A stretch of DNA of 64,000 nt from Thermodesulfobacteriota bacterium (GCA_025062045.1 JANXAF010000009.1:426-64425); one strand, 5' to 3'; numbered from the stretch's first letter, positions 28,222-37,331 are shown. Made by a program: numbers and translations. Notes: a model not told the origin generated them from the letters alone.

Positions 28222-29460
28222 ATGTCTTACATGGAAAGGAGAAGGCTTTTACTCATTTTTACTCTCCTTTCTTCTGCCTTTACGCTTTCACAGTTTTACA
28301 GAGTTTCTCCAGCAGTAATATCTTCCACGCTTATAGAAGAACTCAAAATCGAGGCTGAGGATCTTGGTATTCTAGGTGGAGCCTTTTTTTACTCTTTTGC
28401 CCTCTGTCAGGTACCCATGGGTCTTTTCCTTGACAGGGTCGGGCCAAGAAAAGTTATGTCCTTTCTTATTGCTCTTGGTGGTCTTGGTTCATTCGTCTTT
28501 GCGGCATCGAGCAAATTTGAATTCCTCCTTCTCGGAAGGATTCTTTTGGGCATAGGAATGTCCGCATCTCTTATGGGATCCTTAAAAGTTTTTGTACTTT
28601 CATTTCCGAGTGACCGTTTTGCCACATATTCCGGTTTACTTCTCTCCTTTGGAACCATAGGGAACATACTTGCTTCCTCTCCTCTTGCTTATATGAATGT
28701 TTTCATAGGATGGAGACTCACATTTGTCATTTTTGGGATCCTGACTTGTTTCATCTCATTTCTCCTTTTCCATACGCTTAAGGATGCCGAAAAGCAAAAA
28801 AGGGAAATTTCGGAATCGAAGCCAAAGCCATTGGAAGCTGTAACGAGCATAATAAAAAACCTCTCTTTCTGGCAAGTGGCAGCACTCGCATTCTCAAGAT
28901 ACGGAACTTTCGTTGCCATACAGGGGCTTTGGTTTGGACCATATCTCATAAATGTTAAGGGGTTTAACCCTGTTCTCGCTGGAAACATAATCATGATGCT
29001 TTCTTTTGGCACAATCATCGGATCAGCTTTTGCGGGGTATATCTCGGATAGGATTTTAAAATCGCCAAAAAAAACGGTGCTTATCGGCGTTTCGTTTTAC
29101 GCACTGTCCCTTCTTTTCTTTGTTGGAGTTGTAAAAATAGAGAGTGCTTTCGCCTTTTTTGTCATCTTTTGGCTTGTCGGTTTTTTCAATAGTTTTGGGA
29201 TACTACTCTATCCGCACATAAAGGGTCTTTTTCCGAGCGAAATATCAGGAACGGTTATGTCCAGTGTCAATTTTTTCACAATGGCAGGGGGGGCCTTTTT
29301 TATGCAGGTTATGGGCTCAATAATCGAGCTTTTTGGCAAAGAAAACAAAGGCTATCCTCCTTACGCCTACGAGTATGCTTTTTTCTTTCTGTTTTTGAGT
29401 GTCGTTTTTGGGCTTATATTCTACGCCTTCTCAAAAGAGAAGAAAGATGAGAGCGATTAA
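28222..29460 (+). CDS. MFS transporter
   Basis: About 12 predicted hydrophobic segments, a DRVGPRK loop motif between TM2 and TM3, 412 aa. Confidence 0.8.
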   Translation: MSYMERRRLLLIFTLLSSAFTLSQFYRVSPAVISSTLIEELKIEAEDLGILGGAFFYSFALCQVPMGLFLDRVGPRKVMSFLIALGGLGSFVFAASSKFEFLLLGRILLGIGMSASLMGSLKVFVLSFPSDRFATYSGLLLSFGTIGNILASSPLAYMNVFIGWRLTFVIFGILTCFISFLLFHTLKDAEKQKREISESKPKPLEAVTSIIKNLSFWQVAALAFSRYGTFVAIQGLWFGPYLINVKGFNPVLAGNIIMMLSFGTIIGSAFAGYISDRILKSPKKTVLIGVSFYALSLLFFVGVVKIESAFAFFVIFWLVGFFNSFGILLYPHIKGLFPSEISGTVMSSVNFFTMAGGAFFMQVMGSIIELFGKENKGYPPYAYEYAFFFLFLSVVFGLIFYAFSKEKKDESD

Positions 29461-31164
29461 TCCGTAGATTCCGAGAAAAGCACCTATTCCGAGACTTATA
29501 TCGTATGCCTTTTTGGGAGGATCGAAATTTCGCGGTAAGTACTCTACTCTTTTTATGAGAATTCTGTAATTTTGAACCGGATTCTGGCTAAGGGTTATAA
29601 CCCTATTTACAAGATCCGCAATGAAACTCTGAATTCTGAGCCTCAGGTTGTACTTATTGTGAGATATGAGGAAGAATAAAGTTCCAAACTTTCTGTAAAA
29701 CCAGTCCACATCAAGATTTATCTTGGCATCGAAAGAGAATCTGTCTTTGAGCATAAAAAAGGCAAAAAAGGAGAAAGCGAAGAGCTGAAGCGTAGTAATT
29801 ACATTATAAGGGTTATATGGATCGAAACCCATGGGGTACGGCAGAGTCGCGTAAAGGAGCGGAGGATATACGCCGACCATCACACAAAGAAAGGAAAGGA
29901 GAACCATTGAGATCGACATGTTTTTCGGGATCTTTACGGTTACGAATCCTCTTTCCTTCCCTAGCCAAGTACCGTATGGGAGCTTAAGGGCTATCGAGAG
30001 GAATGTGCCCAAAGACGCAAGATGTAAAAGAGTATTAACTACTGGCCTGTGCAATTCTGCAGACGCAAACATGAGTACCGTTTTAGTCGAAAAACCTGCA
30101 AAGAACGGCACTCCGGATATGGAAAAAGCCCCAACCATATAGATCCAAAGGGAAAATCTCAACGTTTTAAAAATCCTTATGTTCTTAAATTCCCACATCT
30201 CCTCTCGTCCTGTCGCATAAATCACCGATCCAACAGCCATAAGTAGGAGTGATTTATGGAGGATATTTGAAAACGCATGTGCGACGGCCCCATTTATCGA
30301 CGTAAACGTTCCAAGGCCTATTCCACAGACCATGTACCCTACCTGACTTATTACGTGGTAGGAGAGTAATCTTCTTAAGTTGTTCTCTAAAATTGCGTAA
30401 AAAATCCCGTACAACGCCATTATGACTCCCAACCATACGAGGAGTTCCAACCCGGGAAAGACCCTCGCAAGTGCGTAGACCGCAACCTTCGTAGTAAAGG
30501 CAGAGAGAACCACCGTACCTTCGGGCTTTGCCTCTGGATAGGCATCGGGAAGCCAACCGTGCAAGGGAGGACAAGCCGCGTTAAGAAGGAAGCCGACTAG
30601 AATAAGAAAAGAAGCCAAGCTTAACTCAAAAGACTCGGATACCCTAATCGATTGGGTATAATCAGTGCTCATCAAGAGACCGGCAAAAAGGAGGGTTCCG
30701 CCCAGTAAGTGGAGGATGAGATATCTAAAAGCCGCATCCAGTGACCTTTTTTTCTTACCATTTAAGACGATGAGCAAACCACCTATAGCCATAAGCTCCC
30801 AGAACCCGAAAAATGTAAGCCAATCCCCTGCAAAGACAACACCAAACGAAGAAGCCTGATAAAGCTGGGTCCCTAGGTGGTAAGATTTATCTTCTATGTG
30901 GAGTCCGTAAAGGTTGACAAGGAAGGTTATGACCGCAAAGGCATACGCAAATCCAAGACTCAGTCTGTCGACCTTTCCAAGAAGAAGTTCGTTGTCCGCG
31001 AATTTTACCAGCCAGTATTCACCCTCTTCTAACCCAAAAAGATAAAAAAGCAAAAATAGGGGAAAGAGTAAAAGGACAGTCGATCTTGTAATCTTAGAGG
31101 GTAAAATCAGCAAAAGAAGGCTAGAGATCAGGAAAAAAACTACAGGATGCAAAAAGTCAATCAT
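29431..31164 (-). CDS. Mrp/complex-I antiporter-like subunit (MnhD/NuoL-M-N family), third copy, with a C-terminal extension
   Basis: Polytopic. FWELMAIGGLLIV, HGWLPDAYPEA and HAFSNILHKSLLLM follow the proton-conducting membrane transporter pattern. At 577 aa it is longer than the two neighbouring paralogues. Confidence 0.8.
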   Translation of the reverse strand: MIDFLHPVVFFLISSLLLLILPSKITRSTVLLLFPLFLLFYLFGLEEGEYWLVKFADNELLLGKVDRLSLGFAYAFAVITFLVNLYGLHIEDKSYHLGTQLYQASSFGVVFAGDWLTFFGFWELMAIGGLLIVLNGKKKRSLDAAFRYLILHLLGGTLLFAGLLMSTDYTQSIRVSESFELSLASFLILVGFLLNAACPPLHGWLPDAYPEAKPEGTVVLSAFTTKVAVYALARVFPGLELLVWLGVIMALYGIFYAILENNLRRLLSYHVISQVGYMVCGIGLGTFTSINGAVAHAFSNILHKSLLLMAVGSVIYATGREEMWEFKNIRIFKTLRFSLWIYMVGAFSISGVPFFAGFSTKTVLMFASAELHRPVVNTLLHLASLGTFLSIALKLPYGTWLGKERGFVTVKIPKNMSISMVLLSFLCVMVGVYPPLLYATLPYPMGFDPYNPYNVITTLQLFAFSFFAFFMLKDRFSFDAKINLDVDWFYRKFGTLFFLISHNKYNLRLRIQSFIADLVNRVITLSQNPVQNYRILIKRVEYLPRNFDPPKKAYDISLGIGAFLGIYGLIALIFLLF

Positions 31165-31360
31165 AGTAATTTATGTCCCTTTCTAGAAAACGTTTTCCTA
31201 ATAGTTTTGCCAAAACGATCAAAGCCAGTGTCCCAAAGAAGCCAAAGGCGCAGCTAAAGATCGGGAGTCTCTCCCATACGAAATGGGCTTCCTCTGTTGG
31301 TGTAAAAAAACTCGCAAGAATGATTGCTAAGGCAATTACATGGACTCGCATTTTCTTCAT
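31157..31360 (-). CDS. Small two-TM membrane protein inside the mrp-like operon
   Basis: 67 aa with two hydrophobic stretches (VIALAIILASFF, FGFFGTLALIVLAKLL). It overlaps the next gene by 8 nt and lies 2 nt after the preceding one. No family recognised. Confidence 0.5.
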   Translation of the reverse strand: MKKMRVHVIALAIILASFFTPTEEAHFVWERLPIFSCAFGFFGTLALIVLAKLLGKRFLERDINYYD

Positions 31361-31362
31361 TC

Positions 31363-32853
31363 TTAATACTCCAGTACCGATCTTGCAACTTTTGCCGAAA
31401 GTCCGTAAAAGTGGAAGAAGGAATCAGGAAATAGAAACAAAAAGATAGCACAAGAAGAAGTGACGAGAATGGGTAGTAGAAGAAGCCACTGCTCGCTATG
31501 TGCCACACCGGATACGGATCTTTCTCCGTCTTTAGAAAACCCTCGAAAAACTATGGGTAAGAGGTATACAGCATCGAGTAAGGCGCTTGTGAGAAAAACT
31601 AAAAGGTATGCGATCTCCTTTTTTTCGATTGCTCCAACACAGAGGTACCACTTACTCAGAAATCCGCAAACAGGCGGTATTCCTACAAGTCCAATGGCAC
31701 ATATTCCAAAGGAAAACATAGTGTAAGGCATCTTTCGTCCCACACCGACGAGTTCACTTACTAGCTCTTTTCTTGTCGATACATATATTGCGCCAGCACA
31801 CATAAAAAGCGTTATCTTCATAAATCCGTGGTAGACCATGTGAAGAATAGAACCCTTTATCCCTGATGGAGTCAGAAGCAGAGTCCCGAGTATGACTATT
31901 GAAAGATTATTTATTGTGGAAAAAGCAAGCCTCTTTTTCAGATTATTCTCCGAGATGGCCAAAACGTTTGCTACAATGATCGTAAAGGAGGCGAGAATAG
32001 CTGGGATCGAAAAAAGTAAGCTTTCTGAGATGGCATCCGGTCCCACTATGTAGAGAACCGTCCTCAAAACGCAAAAGACACCGGCTTTTACCACTGCTAC
32101 TGCGTGAAGGAGAGCGCTTACGGGTGTTGGCGCAATCATCGCGGTGGGAAGCCATTCATGAAAAGGCATAATCGCTGCCTTCGTTCCGAATCCTAAAAAT
32201 AGCGGAAAAAAGATCAATCCCAAAATGAGAGGATCTGATCCTTTGTCGAATAGGCCTCCCGCGTAAAAATCTGTAGTCCCCTGCGTTAGATAGAGAAGGA
32301 TCATGGAAAAAAGAACAAGACCGGCACCTGAAAGCAAATACGCCAAGTATTTTCTTCCCGCTTTCAGCGCCTCCTCTGTCTCCTTGTGAAGTACCAAAGG
32401 ATACGTCGACAAGGACAAGATCTCGTAAAACATGTACATAGTCAAAAGGTTACCAGAGTAAGCTACCCCCAGTGCACTTCCAATCGCCACCGCAAACATA
32501 AAATAGAATCTTGTCTGGCTATGCTCTTTTAACGCACGCATGTAGCCAATGGAGTAGATTGAGACGAAGATCCACAAAAAGGACGAAAGTGTCGCAAATG
32601 TCGCACCAAGGGCATCTATTCTGAAATAGAAATCGACATTCTCAGCAAACGTTAAAACCCTCATCTCTAATAAAGATCCATCCGCCACTTTTAAAGTACA
32701 CACCATTGTAAAAATGAAGGTAAAAATCGATATTACAACCGTAGAAAGATCCCTTAAATTTTCATTTTTTTGGGCAAAGACAGGAATAAGAGCGGCTCCT
32801 ATAAAAGGAAGGGAGACAGAAAAAGAAAGTGCAAGTTTTTCTATGGATTCCAT
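31363..32853 (-). CDS. Mrp antiporter subunit D-like (NuoM/N family), second copy
   Basis: Polytopic, 496 aa. FHEWLPTAMIAPTPVSALLHAVAVVKAGVF is the canonical antiporter-like subunit motif. Confidence 0.85.
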   Translation of the reverse strand: MESIEKLALSFSVSLPFIGAALIPVFAQKNENLRDLSTVVISIFTFIFTMVCTLKVADGSLLEMRVLTFAENVDFYFRIDALGATFATLSSFLWIFVSIYSIGYMRALKEHSQTRFYFMFAVAIGSALGVAYSGNLLTMYMFYEILSLSTYPLVLHKETEEALKAGRKYLAYLLSGAGLVLFSMILLYLTQGTTDFYAGGLFDKGSDPLILGLIFFPLFLGFGTKAAIMPFHEWLPTAMIAPTPVSALLHAVAVVKAGVFCVLRTVLYIVGPDAISESLLFSIPAILASFTIIVANVLAISENNLKKRLAFSTINNLSIVILGTLLLTPSGIKGSILHMVYHGFMKITLFMCAGAIYVSTRKELVSELVGVGRKMPYTMFSFGICAIGLVGIPPVCGFLSKWYLCVGAIEKKEIAYLLVFLTSALLDAVYLLPIVFRGFSKDGERSVSGVAHSEQWLLLLPILVTSSCAIFLFLFPDSFFHFYGLSAKVARSVLEY

Positions 32854-32855
32854 CG

Positions 32856-34349
32856 CTAAAAGACCCCGGACACTCCAGGTGATATTATCCGTTCCATGAT
32901 GTATCTATTTTTGAGTCCCAAAAGAAGAAGAGATCCCGCAAGTACGAGTATAGCAAACTTATCAAGAGTAAATATCTTCTCCACCTCGACTTTTGGGCCA
33001 GAGCCATATTTATGTCCTTTTTCACTTTGGAAATAGAAATTCTCTATGAGCCTGAAAAAATATATCAGATTTAAAAGCCCGCTTAAGATTATCACCCCTG
33101 AATGAACCCATTTCTTAGAGCTCAAAAGGCTAAGGAGTATGTACCATTTACTGAAAAAACCGCAAAGTGGAGGAATGCCTATGATGGAAAGGGCGGAGAT
33201 TATGAGGATAATCCCACTTAAGGGGAAGCTTTGGCTAAGTCCCTTCCACTCTTCTACCTGCGATAGACCTGTTGCTACGTAAAGAAAGGCCCATATAGAA
33301 AAGATGGATGCCATCATGAACATGTCGTTTATCACGTGGAGAATGGCGGCTTTAAGACCAAGAGAATTCAAAGAGGCTAAAGCAAGGAGTATATATCCTA
33401 TCTCAGAGATGATTATATATGAAAGACCACGTACAACATCTCTTTGAGCAATCGCCATGAGTCCCGCAAAAAGAATTCCAAATGCGGCTATACCCCCCAA
33501 AAATTCGAAGACAAGAGTTAGACCTTCACCCAGTGCTGGCCAAAGGATGGCAACTACTAACCTGATCAAAATATAAGCGGCCACTTTTGTTGAAAGGCAA
33601 GAGAGAAAAACCGTAACACATGAAGGGGCATAACTATACGCATCTGGTAACCAGACGTGGACAGGAAATGATGCCATCTTGATGAGAATGCCGGTTAAAA
33701 AGAAGACTATGGCTGAGATGAGGGCCTTTGAGTGCGGAAGCTCAGGGAGTATGCCTGAAAGCTCTATCATATTCAGTGATCCTGTAAGGATATAAACGTA
33801 CCCAACCCCCAAGAGGTAAGAACAGGCTCCAATAGTTCCAAATATCATGTACCTAAAAGCGAAGAATTCTGAACCCTTTTTTTCCGTTGCTACTATTCCG
33901 TAAGCTGAAAATGATAGGATCTCGAGTAATACATAGAGATTAAAAGTATCTCCAGTTGCTGTGACACCCAAAAGACCTGTCAAGTGCAAAAGTAGAAGCG
34001 AGTAGAAAAGACCTGTTTTATTGTGTGGGATTTCCTTTTCTACGATGTTCCTTGTAAAGAGAAGAAGGAGAAAAAATATAACCGATGTGGATGCAAGAAT
34101 AGGTGCGTTGATGTAATCGATTACGTACTCAATACCCCAGGGTGGCTCCCATCCTCCTATAAAGTAGCGCACCCTTCCGTCTCCATTGACTACTGTTTGG
34201 AGTAGCTTTCCACTCATGAGAACAACGACGATTGATGTTACAAGACTCAAATAGTAAGGGAATCTTTTTGAAAAGACTCCAAACATATATGTAACGAAAG
34301 ACATGAGGAGGGGAAAGGCTACAATCAAAACGGGATAGTGCTCACTCAT
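32856..34349 (-). CDS. Mrp antiporter subunit D-like (MbhH/NuoM-N family), first copy
   Basis: Polytopic, 497 aa. VHVWLPDAYSYAPS and ILHVINDMFMMASIF motifs. 4-nt overlap with mnhC. Confidence 0.85.
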   Translation of the reverse strand: MSEHYPVLIVAFPLLMSFVTYMFGVFSKRFPYYLSLVTSIVVVLMSGKLLQTVVNGDGRVRYFIGGWEPPWGIEYVIDYINAPILASTSVIFFLLLLFTRNIVEKEIPHNKTGLFYSLLLLHLTGLLGVTATGDTFNLYVLLEILSFSAYGIVATEKKGSEFFAFRYMIFGTIGACSYLLGVGYVYILTGSLNMIELSGILPELPHSKALISAIVFFLTGILIKMASFPVHVWLPDAYSYAPSCVTVFLSCLSTKVAAYILIRLVVAILWPALGEGLTLVFEFLGGIAAFGILFAGLMAIAQRDVVRGLSYIIISEIGYILLALASLNSLGLKAAILHVINDMFMMASIFSIWAFLYVATGLSQVEEWKGLSQSFPLSGIILIISALSIIGIPPLCGFFSKWYILLSLLSSKKWVHSGVIILSGLLNLIYFFRLIENFYFQSEKGHKYGSGPKVEVEKIFTLDKFAILVLAGSLLLLGLKNRYIMERIISPGVSGVF

Positions 34350-34735
34350 CTTTCTTTCAATTTCTCTAGTATCTCGTCCTCTTCCACCGTCCCGAATCGT
34401 TTGTTCGTAAGGATGATTAATGCCAGTGCGATTCCAGTTGTGGCAACCGCAACTACAATAGCGGTCAACATAAGCACATGAGGAAGCGGATTTACGTACA
34501 TTAGAGGCTCAGTTATTGGAATTTTACTATTACCCATACTCTCGAAGATTATTATCGGTACGGATCCTCCTCTCTTTCCGGATAAAGAAATGTAAAAAAG
34601 GATTATGGACCATTGGAAGATCGTCATTCCGACAAGCTTTTTTAAAAGATTCCTCTTCATCATCATCCCATAAAGTCCAATGATTATGAGGACTATATGA
34701 GTCCAGTAGTGAATCTTAGAAACTATTAGATCCAC
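34346..34735 (-). CDS. mnhC: Mrp antiporter subunit C (NuoK-like)
   Basis: IIGLYGMMMKRNLLKKLVGMTIFQ pattern and three TM segments. I prefer the GTG start at 34735 (VDLIVSKIHYW, preceded by AAAGG). The longest ORF (to 34816) would overlap mnhB by 101 nt. Confidence 0.75.
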   Translation of the reverse strand: MDLIVSKIHYWTHIVLIIIGLYGMMMKRNLLKKLVGMTIFQWSIILFYISLSGKRGGSVPIIIFESMGNSKIPITEPLMYVNPLPHVLMLTAIVVAVATTGIALALIILTNKRFGTVEEDEILEKLKER

Positions 34736-35174
34736 GAGAGTTACCTTTTGCCGCAAGGTAATAGAATATCGCAAACATTGAACCAGTGACCGTGATCTGC
34801 ACACCGAGCTCAACAACCGCTATGGCGTAGTACCTGGCCATTACTTCACAGGACATGAAGATTTTTTTAAGATAGGCGTAGTTTAAAAACTCCCCTCCAA
34901 TCGGAACCGATATCAAACCTAAAAATGCGTAAAGGAAGGCACCGAAACCCACGGTCACAAGAAAGAGTCTATATTTGATCCTTTTTATCACCTCATCGAC
35001 ACCAAGCACGATCGCCATGAGGATGAAGCTTGCCGCAAATATGCAACCGCCTTGAAAGCCACCTCCTGGACTTATATGGCCATGTGCATACACATAAAGA
35101 CCCATAAGCTGGATAAGGGGTGAAAGGATCCGAGCAGTTGTTTTTAATATGATGTCTTCATCTCGCTCTAGCAT
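34716..35174 (-). CDS. mnhB: Mrp antiporter subunit B
   Basis: HGHISPGGGFQGGCIFAA is the MnhB-domain signature. 152 aa, four TM segments. Confidence 0.82.
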   Translation of the reverse strand: MLERDEDIILKTTARILSPLIQLMGLYVYAHGHISPGGGFQGGCIFAASFILMAIVLGVDEVIKRIKYRLFLVTVGFGAFLYAFLGLISVPIGGEFLNYAYLKKIFMSCEVMARYYAIAVVELGVQITVTGSMFAIFYYLAAKGNSRGSNSF

Positions 35175-35443
35175 TTGCGGATTCCCAAAAGATATATGAC
35201 AACAATTGCTGCTGTGAATATAACGGATGTTTCAAAGAGCGTGTCGTAAGATCTATAATCCGCAAGCACAGCAGTAACCACGTTCGGAACCCCTGTCTCG
35301 GAGAGGGACTTTTCTATATAGCGAGGAGAGACGTGAACCGAAGCCGGCTGATACGGGTCACCCCACGGGGGAAAATCCGTAGTCGCAAAAAAAAGAAGAA
35401 GTCCAAAGAGGAATAAAAATGACAAAGAAAAGATCCTCTTCAA
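35168..35443 (-). CDS. MnhB-related small subunit (MbhE-like)
   Basis: NVVTAVLADYRSYDTLFETSVIFTAAI matches the small MnhB-related proteins of Mbh-type clusters. 91 aa. Confidence 0.65.
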   Translation of the reverse strand: MKRIFSLSFLFLFGLLLFFATTDFPPWGDPYQPASVHVSPRYIEKSLSETGVPNVVTAVLADYRSYDTLFETSVIFTAAIVVIYLLGIRKC

Positions 35444-35685
35444 TCCTTTGCCTTCCTTTTTAGATGTGTCAGTGCTGCCACAAAGAAGGCTGTGCTTATC
35501 GCAGCTCCCACCGATGCCTCAGTGAAGGCAACATCCACAGCTCCAAGCTCTGCCCATAAAAGACACATAAAAAAGCTAAAAGCAGAAAGAAGAGCAATTG
35601 AAGCGAGTAGATCCTTAACATGGAGAGCAAAAAAGGCAACAATCGCGGAGAAGATCAGAAAAAAAACATCAAGTATCTCGTACAT
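35440..35685 (-). CDS. DUF4040 / MbhD-like subunit (equivalent to part of the MrpA C-terminal region)
   Basis: 81 aa, three TM segments, GAVDVAFTEASVGAAIST motif typical of DUF4040. Confidence 0.65.
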   Translation of the reverse strand: MYEILDVFFLIFSAIVAFFALHVKDLLASIALLSAFSFFMCLLWAELGAVDVAFTEASVGAAISTAFFVAALTHLKRKAKD

Positions 35686-36061
35686 TTTTTTTGTCCTCGC
35701 AATCGGTGTCCACTTTGTCGATGATCACTCTACCATTCTTAGTGTAAGGCTCGATCCCGCTTTCGAACGCGGCACGAAGTAGAGCATGAGTTGCTGTGGG
35801 ACTAGCAACATACCAGAAAACAACAAGGGTCAATATCTTTACCGCTTTGATGAGACCCATCCACGAAAAATCTTTGTATAGCCCATACAAAATCAGCCCA
35901 GAAAGAACAAGGAGTATACCCAGTGTGTCGCCCTTTCCGGTTGCGTGCATTCTTGTATAAAAATCCGGAAACCTCAAAAAACCAATTGCCGCACAGAAAA
36001 AAACGAATAACCCCGATATAATAAGGACTGAAGAAACCCATGTTATGAGCTCCTCTAGCAT
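35669..36061 (-). CDS. mnhG: Mrp antiporter subunit G
   Basis: IGFLRFPDFYTRMHATGKGDTLGILLVL is the PhaG/MnhG signature. Confidence 0.85.
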   Translation of the reverse strand: MLEELITWVSSVLIISGLFVFFCAAIGFLRFPDFYTRMHATGKGDTLGILLVLSGLILYGLYKDFSWMGLIKAVKILTLVVFWYVASPTATHALLRAAFESGIEPYTKNGRVIIDKVDTDCEDKKNVRDT

Positions 36062-36079
36062 CGTGATCCTTTAAGGATT

Positions 36080-36346
36080 CTACCGTTCTTTACCTTTTAA
36101 AATGTACTTCGATATCACCAATGTTCCGATAAAATTTAAAACGGAGTATGCGATTGCCAAATCCAGAAACATATCAGGTCTGCCGAATATGTACCCTATA
36201 AGGACTATGAGCACCACTGTCTTTGTTCCTATAAAACCTGAACCTATGATCCTGTCAAAGACTGTGGGACCGAAAACTGCCCTGTAAAGGGACATAAGAA
36301 TCGTGATACAGAGAACTATAGCTGAGAAAACCATCAAATGGTGCAT
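36080..36346 (-). CDS. mnhF: Mrp antiporter subunit F
   Basis: 88 aa, YRAVFGPTVFDRIIG motif, three TM segments. Confidence 0.8.
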   Translation of the reverse strand: MHHLMVFSAIVLCITILMSLYRAVFGPTVFDRIIGSGFIGTKTVVLIVLIGYIFGRPDMFLDLAIAYSVLNFIGTLVISKYILKGKER

Positions 36347-36347
36347 A

Positions 36348-36827
36348 TCAGTCCTTAAAGATTCCCGCTACTTTCTCTTCAAGCTCTCCTGGAAGTTGCC
36401 CTGAGGCTTTTATATCTATTGCGTGAACATAAAGTACATTCTCCTCTATTTTAACAGTGATAGTTCCAGGCGTAAGGGTTATAGAGTTGGCGAAAGTCAC
36501 AATAGGTAGGTCCTCTTTAAGTTTAGATCTGAACCTTACTATATGCGGGCTTATGAGATCCATCATCTTTGGGTGTAGGGCGAGTTTTATGATCTCGATA
36601 TTCGCCAGAAATATGCTGTAGAGGAGATAGGGTATGTAGTTAATGAATCTTACGAATTCTTTTGCCTTTTTTTTGCCAGGCTTCTCTTTTAGGAAGAGAT
36701 CCCCTGAGATGTAAAAGACGATAAGAACACTTAATATTCCAAGGCCCAAATGGTAGAGATCCACAAGTCCGGAAAGTGATATCCAAAACCCAAAAAGAAG
36801 AAGTATTGTTGCAAGGCTTCGCGCCAC
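36348..36827 (-). CDS. mnhE: Mrp antiporter subunit E
   Basis: Two N-terminal TM segments plus NSITLTPGTITV. GTG start, first gene of the operon. Confidence 0.8.
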   Translation of the reverse strand: MARSLATILLLFGFWISLSGLVDLYHLGLGILSVLIVFYISGDLFLKEKPGKKKAKEFVRFINYIPYLLYSIFLANIEIIKLALHPKMMDLISPHIVRFRSKLKEDLPIVTFANSITLTPGTITVKIEENVLYVHAIDIKASGQLPGELEEKVAGIFKD

Positions 36828-36875
36828 TTCTCGGATGCTCCGGACATACTTGAGGGAATTACAGTTTTAGGCTCA

Positions 36876-36905
36876 TAACTATCATAAAGGAAATTTGTCT
36901 GTCAA
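36876..36905 (-). promoter_or_regulatory. Putative promoter of the mrp-like operon (TTGACA - 18 nt - TAGTTA)
   Basis: On the minus strand, TTGACA (36905-36900), an 18-nt spacer and TAGTTA (36881-36876), about 50 nt upstream of the mnhE GTG. Confidence 0.35.
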
Positions 36906-36988
36906 GCCAGTCTCTCCTAGTTCCAAAGATCCTTTTCTTTTAGCAAGGTTGATAAAGGTGGAAAGTGGTGGTAAAAGAATAAAAGTTT

Positions 36989-37261
36989 ATGCACTGTCTG
37001 AGGATCATAAGAAAGGTAACGGTTGCCTTCATAGGAACGATTGTTCTTCTCATAGGTATAGCAATGATAGTATTGCCTGGGCCAGCGTTTGTATTCATAC
37101 CTTTAGGTTTGGCAATCCTCGCAAGTGAGTTCCCTTGGGCGAAAAAGCTCCTCAAAAAGTTAAAAAACAGGGTAAAAAGGTTAAAGATAGATCCGGAAAA
37201 AAATAAGCCAAAAGAGATAAGCGATCTTTTATCTTCCAAGATGGAAGATCGAGTCGATTAA
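36989..37261 (+). CDS. PGPGW-domain small membrane protein
   Basis: IVLPGPAFVFIPLGLAILASEFPWAKKLL matches the PGPGW transmembrane family pattern. 90 aa. Confidence 0.7.
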   Translation: MHCLRIIRKVTVAFIGTIVLLIGIAMIVLPGPAFVFIPLGLAILASEFPWAKKLLKKLKNRVKRLKIDPEKNKPKEISDLLSSKMEDRVD

Positions 37262-37291
37262 ATCTGCTTTCCGCTTAACATGGATTTGCGT

Positions 37292-37326
37292 TATAATCTA
37301 AGCTCCCAAGCGAATCTGTAAGGAGG
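37292..37326 (+). promoter_or_regulatory. TATAAT -10 box and strong AGGAGG ribosome-binding site upstream of the DUF39 gene
   Basis: TATAAT at 37292-37297, with a poor -35 (TTCCGC at 17 nt). AGGAGG at 37321-37326 lies 5 nt before the TTG start at 37332. Confidence 0.35.
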
Positions 37327-37331
37327 CAGAC

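Noticed and set aside
29431-36827. Considered calling the cluster a membrane-bound hydrogenase (Mbh/Mbx/Mbs) or complex I fragment
   Set aside because: No NiFe large or small subunit, NuoB/C/D/H/I-like gene or ferredoxin-like gene is present in or next to the operon. Only Mrp-type membrane subunits are seen, so I call it an Mrp-type antiporter operon of unusual composition.
36895-37239. ORFs 36895..37128 (+) and 36940..37239 (-) overlapping the PGPGW gene region
   Set aside because: The 36989..37261 frame contains the diagnostic LPGPAFVFIPLG...EFPW motif. The competing frames have no features.
37262-37331. Possible SAM or other riboswitch upstream of the homocysteine-biosynthesis-type gene
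   Set aside because: The spacer is only about 70 nt. It holds a -10 box and an SD but no extended helices, so it is too short for known SAM riboswitch classes.
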